A stretch of DNA of 64,000 nucleotides, taken from positions 62,001 through 126,000 of the forward strand of contig NIVC01002760.1 of NCBI GenBank assembly GCA_002269645.1, given 5' to 3'. Positions 49,541 through 60,600 of the stretch are shown in pieces (the stretch's first letter is position 1; each line of letters opens with the position of its first letter). This DNA comes from Macrostomum lignano. Taxonomy: Eukaryota. The position numbers and the translations under genes are program-made. The notes beneath the pieces were generated by a model. It did not search any database and was not told the origin of the DNA. It saw nothing but the letters and a program-made list of their open reading frames with translations.

Positions 49541-49804
49541 CAGACAGACAGACAGTTGGAGAAAGTTAAGAGGTGAAAAATGTTAGGCCTTACGCGTATC
49601 AAGGAAGTAGTTGGGCACAGGGCGCCTGCCAGTCTCCGGCTCCGCAAACAGGTCGTCTCTGTCGACGAGCAGCTGCCGCGGCTCCTGACCCTGCTGCTCC
49701 TCCTGCTCATCCTCCTGCAGCAGCTCGCTGTTGGCATCCTTGAGCCCGCCAGAGCTGGCAACGGACAGTGTGGGAGCCAAGGCCAAGCCTCCAGACTCCG
49801 ACAT
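35834..49804 (-). CDS. CFAP221: Cilia- and flagella-associated protein 221 (PCDP1), ~941 aa, 6 exons
   Basis: join(49804-49594, 49048-48765, 48171-47275, 39591-39294, 37598-36998, 36368-35834) = 2826 nt, all GT-AG, phases 1,0,0,1,2 consistent. Motifs recognised from CFAP221: [120 protein letters not shown]. Confidence 0.93.
36400..36990. repeat. (CTAA)n tetranucleotide microsatellite filling CFAP221 intron 5
   Basis: Directly visible, with CTAG/CTGA interruptions. Confidence 0.97.
37780..38180. repeat. 19-bp G-rich minisatellite (GGGATTAGGGGTCCAGGTT)n
   Basis: Directly visible in CFAP221 intron 4. Confidence 0.9.
38745..39170. repeat. Degenerate repeat built on GTTGCTAGGG
   Basis: About 13 recurrences of GTT(G/A)CTA(G/A)G at irregular spacing. 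Confidence 0.7.
39650..40030. repeat. 18-bp minisatellite (CATGAATAAAAATCGCCC)n
   Basis: Directly visible just upstream of the CFAP221 exon 4 acceptor. Confidence 0.88.
40281..40294. promoter_or_regulatory. RFX X-box-like motif (GTTTCCATGACAAC on the - strand)
   Basis: Matches the DAF-19/RFX consensus GTHNYY-AT-RRNAAC. Lies in an intron of a ciliary gene. Function not shown. Confidence 0.35.
40735..43960. repeat. 3.2-kb polypurine minisatellite, ~31-bp unit GAGTAGAGGAAGGGAGAGAGTGGAGAAAGAG with higher-order variant blocks
   Basis: The + strand is almost all purine. A recurrent longer variant block is GTGGTAGAAGTAAGGAAAGAGCGGAGAGGGGTAGGTGTA. Confidence 0.97.
44425..45195. repeat. 21/24-bp minisatellite (GGCGCTACTAGTGTCTGTTCT)n
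   Basis: Directly visible. Gives the LALLVSV repeat ORF. Confidence 0.95.
45610..46140. repeat. (GACA)n microsatellite with ACTAA interruptions
   Basis: Directly visible. Confidence 0.95.
47251..47264. promoter_or_regulatory. RFX X-box motif GTAACCATGGCAAC
   Basis: Exact match to GTNRCC-N2-RGYAAC, 10 nt inside intron 3 of the ciliary gene CFAP221. Confidence 0.45.
48437..48701 (+). mobile_element. tRNA-derived CORE-SINE, copy 3 (partly deleted), in CFAP221 intron 2
   Basis: A box TAGCCTGATGG, B box GGTTCGAATC, GGAACAATTTGTGTCCTTGAGCAAGACACTTAAC, and a 3' body shared with copies 1 and 2. The CTGTAAAATGGG segment is missing. Confidence 0.8.
49210..49555. repeat. (GACA/GGCA)n microsatellite in CFAP221 intron 1
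   Basis: Directly visible. Confidence 0.95.
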
Positions 49805-50049
49805 GATTTGTTTTGATCAGTAATTGTTCTATGCTAAATTGTTACTTGAAAGTTAAACAGTTCAACGTTGTGACGTCATCAGAGTCCAGCTGGCAGAAAT
49901 GTTGGTTGTATAAGACATTTTTGGCAATGGTTTGTAATTTCAAAAGCTCGAAATGTCACATCGTCACAATCGTTTAAACTATTAGATAGCACAAGCGAAG
50001 TACAAGACTACTGGGCACTTACCCTGCGGAAACGGGGGAGGGGAACACC

Positions 50050-50480
50050 TGAGGGGATATACCAGAAAAGATATACCGGAATAGATATACCGGAGAAGAT
50101 ATACCAGAGGAGATATACCGGAGGGGATATACCGAAGGGGATATACCGGAGGAGATATACCGGGGGATACGAGTATACCGGAGGGGAGATACCGGAGGAG
50201 ATATACCGGAGGGGATATACCGGAGGAGATATACCGGAGGAGATATACCGGAGTGGATATACCGGAGGGGATATACCGGAGGGGATATACCGGAGGGGAT
50301 ATACCGGAGGGGATATACCGGAGGGGATATACCGGAGGAGATATACCGGAGGAGATATACCGGAGTGGATATACCGGAGTGGATATACCGGAGGGGATAT
50401 ACCGGAGGGGATATACCGGAGGGGATATACCGGAGTGGATATGCCGGAGGGGATATATCGGAGGGGAAACGCCGGAGGAG
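50050..50480. repeat. 14/15-bp minisatellite (CCGGAGGGGATATA)n upstream of CFAP221
   Basis: Directly visible. Confidence 0.93.
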
Positions 50481-51200
50481 AAATAACCGAAAGCCCCAGC
50501 AAAAACTAAGTCACGTGAGTTAGTTAATCGATACTAAGTTTATTGCATGCCTCGAACTTTGAGTGTTGATTACGACTCCATAGATCACCCAAGCGGAGCA
50601 GCTGAGCTTATCGCTGATATTAAATTTTTGCCCTCAATTGCAACGTCCTACACTTGGGCCATAACGCTGTGTAGGCGTTGAGAGTTCGTTGAGAGTTGAG
50701 TGTGACCGCGGTTTATTTATTAATCACGGTAACCCCACCTCGTCTCGTTTCTGTTTATCGTTAGATGTAGCAGGCATTTTTGGGTTTATGACCTCTGTGT
50801 CCCAAAAAAATAACTCACCACTTAGGAATATTAGGTGCAGATTCATTTATGAGGAATTACAAATGTAATATTTTTGACACAGAATATTAAATGGCTGCTG
50901 TAATTTTGACCATACATCTAACTTAAAGCCTTATAGACTTATTCCAATTTCACATTCAAAGATGAATTAATTTTTAAATCGAGCAAAAAACTCTTTAGAC
51001 AAATAACAATTTTCAAAAGTTCGACTTGAATTGATCTACAAAAACCCACGGAAAAGTCTACACAGTCGGCTTCAACCTCGAAACTGGACAAGCCTGCACC
51101 TCGGAAAAAAACATTTTTGCATCTGCGAGGCTACAACCGCCACCGCTGCCGGTTTTCAAATATACAGTCTGACGGCTTTCTATCTATCCGGCAGCATTGA

Positions 51201-54200
51201 ACACGGCCCTAGGGATGGAATAGTCTAGATTGTACATGCATGGCTGCAGTTCCAGCTGGGAGAGGATAGCCATATGCATGTGGAAGCAAGGGGGAGACAG
51301 ATTGGTATGCAACCGTTCCGGCTGAAACATGTTTTCTCCATTCGCGCAGATCTTGCCTGCCTCCCTCCCTCCTATCCTCGGCTGCCCGAACGTTATACTG
51401 GATATTCGAGACTTGGTCACGGAGGAGGGGTGGACTGCATGGGCCCAGTAAAATATGCGGATGGATCATCTGCAGGGCTCTACCAGCGGGGGATTTTTTG
51501 TTCAGGGAGCTGGGGGGAGGCGACAAAAGTTCTGGGTTAGCCATAGCCAATGAACGAGGCTTGAGGCTAACACCGGGGGAGTGGGGAGAGGATTATCGAA
51601 GGGCCGATCATCGATGGTTCGTGCTGCAAAAACGGATGGAGAGGGGAAGGGAGGGGAGAGCTGAATGGTCGGCAATTAGGGCAGCCATAACAGTCGCTAG
51701 CGTTGCTATACACGGCTAGCTGTATCCAACAGTTCGCGTGCGTGCCGCTGCTGCTTGCATAATAATAACCCCCATGACAACCCCTTCCTTACTCCCCCTG
51801 AGACTTGCTTCTGATTTCTAAAGCCTACAACAAGAAGGCCCCTTCCTACAGCCGAACACTCACTGCGTAGAGCGCAGTTGTTCTCTTCCGTTCCAAAAAA
51901 GTCTTGCAAGCAATAACCGGTGCTGAGTGCTACTGGAGGAAGCTTTCCAAATTGACTATAAGAAAGCGTGAAGCGCTACTGCTCCGAAAGAAGAATCGGT
52001 CTCTGTCTCCTTGTTAATAGTCAGTCATGGGCGTAGGATGCATTGGAAAGTAAGTAGCTCAAGTATGGACTTTGATTTTTTTATAATTTTTTTAAGTTCG
52101 TTGAATATAAGTTGCCTTCCACGACACCCCGTCAATAATTTTAGAGTTCCGATAATGTACATCGCCAACAAGGCGGTTCTGTGGGGCTGTTACGCCCTCA
52201 TAATGTCGTTAATTCTGTTTGGACTTATTGGTAAGATCAAGCTACATTAAGATGAACTGCTTTTTCTCCATATTATCAAGGCTTAGCATATTGAGCATAG
52301 ACTCACATCGATCATCGAGGTCAAACTAGCAATAGTAAAACCGTCCGCTATTTCCAGGAAACATCCTGTCCTTCCGCATTCTGGGCTACAACAAGTCGCG
52401 CAGAAATCAGTCCAGCACTTTCTATTTACGAGCTTTGGCCGTGGCGGACTCAGGCGCTCTGATCTTGAACTCGCTGCTGATGGCGCAGATGATGATGCTA
52501 CGACCAGCGATACACCTGCACCCACTGAGCTTATTGTCCATCATGCTGAACTCGTACCCGATGTGCAATGTGAGGATGTACTTGTCGCGTTCGACCACAC
52601 TGATAGCGGTGTACATTATCGTGCTGTTTAGCATCGAACGAGCTCTGGTAGTGATCAATCCGTTTCGCTGGATGAGATTCTTCACTTTGCGCAAAGCAAA
52701 ATTAGCGGTGATTGGTTTGACGCTCATCAGCTACAGCATCTGCATTCCTGCAATGTTCAGCTTCAACAAGGAGAGCTTCAACTACCCGAAGCGTCTGTAC
52801 AATGTGACCACGAATAAGACCATTGTGGCTCCGACACTCCTGGCTATGGCGGACTGCTCGCGTCTTAGACGGGAGGGCGTCAACGGAACTGGCAGCCTGG
52901 TGATGGAGGAGCCAATGCCGATGCTGGGCATTCTCGCTCAGCTGGCGTTAAACAAGGAGAGCATCCGGATAGAGGGCAATCTTTCCACTGTGCACCGGAT
53001 GCTGCTCAACCAGAGCAAACAGGAACGCGGTCTGATGAGACACATCGGACTGGAATGCCAGAGCATCGCCGAGTGCCGCATCAATTTTCCAATTTTCAAG
53101 CCTTTCATCATGTTTTACAATATTTCCATATCCCTGATCCCATTTATCATCACTGGAGTTTGCAACTTGATCATTTTAGTGTCTCTTCGTAACGTTGAGA
53201 CAAAAAACCTGCGCAAGTCAAAGCCCAATGAAGAGGTTCAGGATCGGCAGGTGACAAAAAAGTTAATCATCGTCTCGACGGCTTTCGTGGTGCTGAGCTT
53301 TCCGTTGGCTCTGTTTCACTTAATTACCGGGATAATGCGAGGCAGTTACTGCAGCACCTTTTGGTCGAACTACCTGACTATAGGTCTGACCCTGAGCTCC
53401 TCCAACCACGCCGTCAATTTCATCATCTACTGCATCAGCGAGGAGCAATTTAGACGGCTGGTTGTGTCCGTCCTGATGTGCAAGCGGCACCGCCTCACCA
53501 GGCTGCTCAGCTACATCAACGAGCCGAGGAATCGAGGCGCCTGTGGCGGCGGCAGGGCCGGAGGATACGGCGCGAAAGGGCGCAGCAGACGAGGCAACGT
53601 TGGCACCACCAACACTGGCCCGGCGACTGCAACCACCGGAACTGGCTGCCGGAAGATGTCCACCCCGTACACAAACATCACTAACTACAGCACAAGCCAG
53701 AGTCAGAGTCAGTGTCCGGACCAGTCGGAGATGTCAGTAACGGATGTCTTGGTGCACCAGCCGGTCGAGAGAACACCAACGCCACCGCCGCCGCCGTCAA
53801 CGCCACCGCAAGAGCCTCCGCCTCAGGAGACGTCAAAGACGAAAGAATCGCCCAAGCAACGTCAAAAGACGCTCTCATTTGCGAAGCGACTCAAAGCCAG
53901 ACGGCGTAACGATGAAATTGTAGCAGACGATGCTGTTGAAATCCCGCACGACTTCAAGAACTGCAGCCTGGTGCGGGACGACTGGGCGAGCGAGCTGTTT
54001 GCCGACGATGTTGAAGACAGTCAGTTGAGGGCCATAATGGCACGCTGGAGTGAAATCACACCAGAGTGACTGGACTACTAGCTTTCTTAGCCATGTTTCC
54101 TGTATTCTAAGTCCATGGTCAATAGTCACTTGGCAGAAAACTTTCTGTGCACAACTAAATCCCCCCAAAAAGCATATTTATTTATTCTACAATATCTAGA

Positions 54201-54302
54201 AAACTCTATTGCCGTTGTAAGTTGTTACGCGGCAACCTTCTCTCCCAGCTGAAACTGCAGCCATGCATGTACAATCTAGACTATTCCATCCCTAGGCCGT
54301 GT
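51201..54302. mobile_element. Pair of ~63-bp inverted repeats (51201-51264 and 54240-54302) bracketing the GPCR gene; possible TIR element
   Basis: Left arm ACACGGCCCTAGGGATGGAATAGTCTAGATTGTACATGCATGGCTGCAGTTCCAGCTGGGAGAG equals the reverse complement of the right arm with two differences. No target-site duplication seen. Confidence 0.55.
52027..54069 (+). CDS. Orphan rhodopsin-class (class A) peptide-receptor-like GPCR, ~606 aa
   Basis: join(52027-52049, 52145-52230, 52358-54069), phases 2 and 1 consistent. TM1 ending in LIGN, TM2 LRALAVAD, TM3 SIERALVV, TM5 LIPFIITGVCN, TM6 FVVLSFP, TM7 NHAVNFIIY. Exon 1 is the least certain part. Confidence 0.9.
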
Positions 54303-54331
54303 GTAATTTACGGTTAAGTCAAGACCATTTA

Positions 54332-54749
54332 TTTGAAGGCCTAATCTCTCTTAAAAATGTATTTGCAATATTAGGGGAGTCACATGAAGTCAGCAGGTGT
54401 TGGTTTTGAAGCGGATTTATTCACAAATCGACTCGTACTTTGCTGTAATGTGTTCTGTGGACGTATTTTTCTATTTGAGTTTGTTTGTATCCGTCTAAGA
54501 TTGTCCATGGTAAAGCCATATTTCATGTTATGCATTTTGCAAAAAAGTCCGTTTAGAGAACGCACAGTACATGTACTTTACTTTTCTCCACTTTTAGTAC
54601 AGGTTAAACGGAGTTTTCCAAAAAAACTTTATGCATGTTAGAAGTGAGATACTGAAAATTCAATAGTATGCTAAAACTCGTTGATATGAAACAGAATAGT
54701 TCCTGTCTCACAATAACAAATATACTTTTAGTGAGATTAGGCCTTCAAA
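54332..54749. mobile_element. Small MITE-like element with 17-bp terminal inverted repeats
   Basis: TTTGAAGGCCTAATCTC at 54332-54348 and its exact reverse complement GAGATTAGGCCTTCAAA at 54733-54749. Confidence 0.5.
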
Positions 54750-55358
54750 GGAATTGTCTGTAGAATACCGGTGTGTGAGGTTCTGATGCAACTATATAGT
54801 GATTATTTAGTAATCTATGAATTTCGCCAGTTAAAAATTGACTCCAAATCTAATTTAATTGACAGAATTCAGTTTCTTGTTTAAATTTTCTGAGCATAGA
54901 GCTTTGCCATTTCACAATATATGCATTGAATGTGTAAATGATCTGCAATATTATTTTTGTTGCAATAATGTTTTTAAAAAGTTCACTAATTCACTCTTTG
55001 TTTGATAAAAAATATCCATTGGCCATTTTAACTGTTTATAATGATCAGTTCATAGCTCGTAGATAAAGTCCCTGTGAGTTTACTGGACCAATTTTTTTGT
55101 ATAAAATGATAATGCTCATAATTAGACCAGTAATCCTGCAACACAGAACATTTTCCAACTTTGCTAACATGGTTAAACTATACTACTGAATCAGAATATT
55201 TAAGTAGTGTTTTATGTATTAAACTATGAGTCCATTTGTTAAAGTTTCTTAAATAAACTTTTGAATTAGCTTCAAAAATGCAGTTATTGGCAAACTAACA
55301 CTTAAATGAATCAAGTAAGACAGGTGCATGATCTTATTAACAGTAGAAATACCAAATA

Positions 55359-56090
55359 AATTCCCTCCCTGGCAATTGTTTTGCTGCACCAGAACTGAGC
55401 AATGCAGGCACACAAAATTCAAGAAAATGGCCAATTTTTTGTTGTGCACTTTCTCAAACAAGAATCAAGTTGCTAGCCCTTTGGACAGTTGAGATATTGG
55501 ACTATTCTGCTAGTAGGTTGAATTTTTCCCATAAGCGCCAGTGTATTCAGAATACCCCTGTTCGCCAATCAGCATTGCACCTCAGTGCAGCCTTGCCAAG
55601 CCTCCAAATTTCATCAGCACATCGACCACATGTGTCTGCATCAGCCCTGACTTCGTTGGTCACTGGCCTTCACCCAGCCGGAGCTTCTGGACCTTCAGCA
55701 GGTGGCAAAAGGTGACTATAACCACCCTGATACAAATTTCTCGAGTTTTGCTGTTTAGACATCGGCAGTGAGCAAACCTCAACTGCTGGACATCCTTAAC
55801 TAGTCTCTCAAGCATTCAGTTATCACCCAGACGCCGTTGGCACCTTCAACAGGTGGCACCATTCGACTATGAACATCCTGTTGCAACTGTGCCAGATTTT
55901 TATTATCAAGCTTGAACAATGGGCAAACCATCTGGCAGAATTGTTGAATATCTCGATGGTCTGCATGGCTGGTGACTTGACTCTAGTTTGAGAAGGTGCG
56001 CAGCAAAAAGTTAGCTTGTGTTCTTGAATTTCGTGCACCTGATTTGCTCCATTCTGGCGCAGCAAAAAATTGTCAGGGGGAGGGGGAATT
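55359..56090. mobile_element. Non-autonomous DNA transposon / MITE with ~105-bp imperfect TIRs
   Basis: 55359-55462 aligns by eye with the reverse complement of 55985-56090 (AATTCCC..GGCAATT..TTTGCTGC.CCAGAA..GAGCAA..CAGG..CAC.AAATTCAAGAA..TTTTT..TG.GCAC.TTCTCAAAC). Confidence 0.65.
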
Positions 56091-57685
56091 CCCCCCTTCT
56101 TGATTCTGTGGGCGGAAAAATGGCTTGGTATTCCTACTGTTAATTTCCTATTGGACTATAATTGAAAATGGATAATTTAAATTCAAATAGTTTTCTATCA
56201 GTACAATATATTTTGATCACAGCAGTAAAACAAAATGTTAGTTTGTTAGTAAACAAAAGAAAGTGACTATAAATATAAAAGACAGAAAAATCAAGCAGCA
56301 TTTTTCAACTTAAACAACTCAATAGGCTTTAGGCTAAATAAGCCTAGGCCTAGTGTAGTTTACAATAAAATTTCTACAATGTTTAACTAAGTTAAATCTA
56401 GAAAGAATAGTATTGACTTTATCATTTAATTGGTAAATTTCATAATGATAACATCCAATTTTTTTAGCAATAAAATCCATGGGGGATGTTTTATTCATTT
56501 CACAATATGGAGTGTGTATTTTTTTGATGTTCTGATGTTAAAAAAATTTATGAAGTTTTTTAAACTATTATATAATATGCTTGTACATACTACAAGGCAA
56601 AATTTTAAATAAATAAAATATAATACCTTTTGCTAAATTAGATTTTCATTTTGAGTCATAGACTTTGTACCATTTTGTTACATTATTTATAACTTCTGCT
56701 TTGTTTGTATGTATCAAAAATATTAACATTTTTAGAGAATGAGAAATGTGATGGAAAATAATAGTACTTTTAGGGCAGCCCTCAAAAGTCATACAGAGGG
56801 TGCATGGGTTGGTGTGTTGAGAATATAGAAACAGCTATAGCAAGAGCAGCTAAAATTTTCTGATCATAATCAAGTTCTGGCTATTTCTTTAAAAATTATT
56901 ATGCTTAAAATTGTTTTTATCTAATTTAAAAAGATATGATAGAGCATAAAAATAATGGCTTGTCCGAACTGAGCAAGAAGCTGGGCGAATGCCAAATGGG
57001 CTGCTTTGGTTTGGTTTGGTTAGGACGTCAGCACTCATGAGGAGCCCTAATTCTGTATCTGAAGCAGAGAACTTTGAATAAATCCTTTATTAACTGCCCT
57101 ATAGCATTTTTTGCTCCTAAAGGGCCCATCCTTCCAAAATATTTGGTGTACAGTGTACACGAGTGTTAATTCGTGTTACAAATAATTGAAAAACATTTCA
57201 CTTAAATCCTTTACTGTAAAAATCCAATTAAGCACTTTACTGTAAGTTGCTAAAATTGAGCTACACAGATAATACAAAAATTTAAAGCAAGACGATGCCT
57301 GAAAAGCCGTTAAGGCGTTGTTCTTTTTTAGCAGCACAACTGTCGAAAACCTGTTAAGATTTAATCGGCCAAAAAAGTTTAGTTGAATTGCATCCCCGTT
57401 AAAAATGTGTTAGTAACAACTTCATAAAATGTATTGTATTATATTAACGACCAAAAAAGTATTTTAAAAGTTTTTAAAAAGCTTTATTGGTCTTTTAAAA
57501 TACTTTTGCCGATAAATTAGCAAATATTTATATTTCTGTAGTTAAAGTAAGCGCATTACTTAAAAAGATCCTTTCCAAGAACCTTTGTCAGGATGCTTTT
57601 TAACGTTATATATTGTATATTCAGTGAAGAGGATTTCGAAGTATTGACATCTTTTTATTCTTTTCTCCTATATGTAATTTTCAAA

Positions 57686-60600
57686 ATGGGACGCTTAAAC
57701 GTAGATATTTTGCGCTATTTGTCCACAGAAGAAATGCGAGTCCTAACAGCTGTAAGTTTGCTGTTTGTTCCTAACTTCCTACTCTACTTTTCAACTAAAT
57801 ATATATGTAATAAGATTTAGATAAATTTCAAGCCTTCCTGTATGCTAAAATCCGTATCTAATAATATGTTTCAAAATATATTTCCAACTTGTATTTACAA
57901 CACAAACCATATTGCTAAAAAGATATTTTTTGAAAATAATTTTTAATATTATTGTGGTTAAATTTTACCATAAGCACAACTGTTATTTGGGTCTATGAGA
58001 ATTTCCAGTAGGAGAGGTTTGGCTAGGCCTATGCAAGCTTTTTTCGCAGCAAGGTTTTCCCACTCCCCATACTCTGGATCATATAGTATATGCCTGAAAA
58101 TTAGGCATGCATGCATAGTTGGCATTTACTGTTTTTTAAGTGTTTATCATTCCTAAGAAAATATTAGCCTAATGCATGCACACCTGGTATGCACTTTATA
58201 CAATCACGTGTAAGAGTTATTGTGAAATAGAAAAAAGATGAAAAAAGTGTCCCAGGGCTCTTAATTGTTCTTCTGTTAATCTTACTCGCTGCCACCAAGT
58301 TGTAACAGTGATTATTGTTCTCTCTAATAAATCCTATCACTTAGTCACTAAGTTGTTATAGGGCTTAACTTCTGTCTTTATAAATGTTGGTAGCTGCCAT
58401 CAAGACTATTCTATTAATAAATTATAGGTTTATTAATCTTAGAATACGTCTGGGTATTTAGTCTATGTTTTTAATCTGAGTATTTAGTCTGAGTATTATT
58501 CTTAGAAAACTATTAGCTCTTAAAGATTTTACTCCTTGGTTATTCTGGTTCTGTTATTCTGGTAGCATTCTACTTAATAATTTGGCCTGAGCGGTATTTT
58601 GGCTTACTAGTATATATATTTCATGTACTTTGCAAGTCCTTGGGTGTTACAAGATCAGAGGGTCACAGCCTCTAGTTATTCTTACACGCATTACTTCAGA
58701 TCTACTTTGTATATTCTTACTACTCAACTCTGCTAGTTCTCAGTAGTATGTACTGTATACACTTCGGTCTACTTTGCTCTTACTTCTTAAAAAGAATTAA
58801 CACAGGAAAACACTTCTTCAATTATATTTTTCTTGGAACTCCTATTCTTTGCTATAACTGTTTCATTAGTGAACCGCAATGTGCGAGTTTGGTTCTCCCT
58901 TTGCTTCTATTTTTACTATTTTTACTTGTAGATTAAAACAAAAATTGTATTCGTAAAATTATGAGAAATTATGAGAAAATCGTATAAGTTAACAAATTGT
59001 TTACTTAGTTTTTATCCACAAATTTGAAAGCATTGTTACTTGTAGGATTATAAATTGCCCTGCACAAAAGTTCATTTTAAGTGTAAATTTCAAGCTTTCT
59101 AGCTCTTTTTTCAAGCTTGTAAAAGAGCATTTAAACAAATCTTTGTGTGTATCCCATAGTCCAGATCATGTTAAGTGCACGCTAGAATGCTTTGAACCAA
59201 TGCATGCCAGTGCCAAGCAAATGTACACTAAACTAATATATTACAGAAAAAAACATACAACTTTTTACTTTTAAAAATGCCCTTCAAAAAAACAAAGACT
59301 TCAATGTCTTTTAAAACTTTTGTAACATCCAAATATACAATGATTTTTTTGGCACATTAAAATTTATTTGTCATTTTTCAATAAAAATAAGTATGAATTA
59401 TTGTCTTTACAAGACCATATCTTTTCACAAACTTTTGTCTCAACAAAACATGCGCCTCTATCATGCCAGGCCACATTCTACATCAGCTATTCTATGTCAT
59501 AACATGCCAACATGCCACTTTTGGCATGCAATAGCCACAATTTTTAGGCCAAACCAAATGCATGCCAATGTATGCCTTCTGGAGTATGGTATGTATCAAA
59601 TTTCTACTATAGATAGTATCACCAAAAAAGCTTAAAAATCAACCAAATTAACTGCTTATTACACAATTTAAAAAAGGTCACTTATTGTTGCAACACTGGC
59701 ATAATTTTTAGAATAGGTGTGTGCACTAATTTTTTTTGCATGCATTTATAATTATTCAATTTTTGTTTGAGAATGCACTTAGCATGATCCAGACTATGGC
59801 CTGCTCCTGCATGAGCTTTTTCCATTGGAGGTTTTCTAGCTGAGCCTTTGCTGCCAAGATTTTCTTATAGCAAGGTTTTCTGCAAGAGTTTTCCTTGCCA
59901 AGATTTACCTATAGGCCTAGGCCATAGTTTTGATCATATATTAGTGTATGCCAGCTTCGGTAAAAGAAAAAGTATAGGACCATGTTATACTAAAAAAGTT
60001 TTCATACACATACATGCGCAACCTCCAAAATTTGGTCAGCCATGCAACTTAGTTTTAATAAAAATGCAACATCGTTTTTGGCCAAAAATGCAACGTACAT
60101 GTAAAAAACCTTTCAACTTCAATTTGGTATGGCAATCAATGACTTTGCTGATGTTGTAATTTGCAGCATGGTCTTGAGTATCAAAAAAGAAGGGGTCCCA
60201 ATGCTGCCAAACTCTATGCTCTCAGTCACTCTTATAATTGAGGCAAATGGCATCATTTGATTGGCTCTCTATCTGTCATGTTCTAATCAATGGAAGCATC
60301 CACTTGAACTTTGCTCATAGCTCAAGCATTGAGTTTGATTGGCTGTTGTTGCAATTGCATAGTGAAGTAAAAGGTTTCCACTATAGTCTCTGTGAATTAA
60401 AATATTACTATTTGGTACCAATAAGTTTCCTTTGTATGAAACACATTCAAAGCTTAATGCACTGTCTTAAAGCCAACAGGCTCATTCCATATAAGATGGA
60501 CATATTTGGAAAATAGAAAAAAGTCAATATTTTTGCTTGCCATTGCCTAATTAGCCTATTTTTTTACCAAATGTTTATATTGTGCAATATATACAATCTA

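Noticed and set aside
52027-54069. GPCR as the cognate receptor of the oxytocin-like peptide 39 kb away
   Set aside because: It lacks vasopressin/oxytocin-receptor hallmarks (DRY/DRH, CWxPFF, NPWIY) and instead has ERA and NFIIY. Proximity alone is not evidence.
55823-56065. Transposase fragment inside the 55359-56090 element
   Set aside because: Only vague similarity, and part of the ORF overlaps the TIR. No catalytic motif was found.
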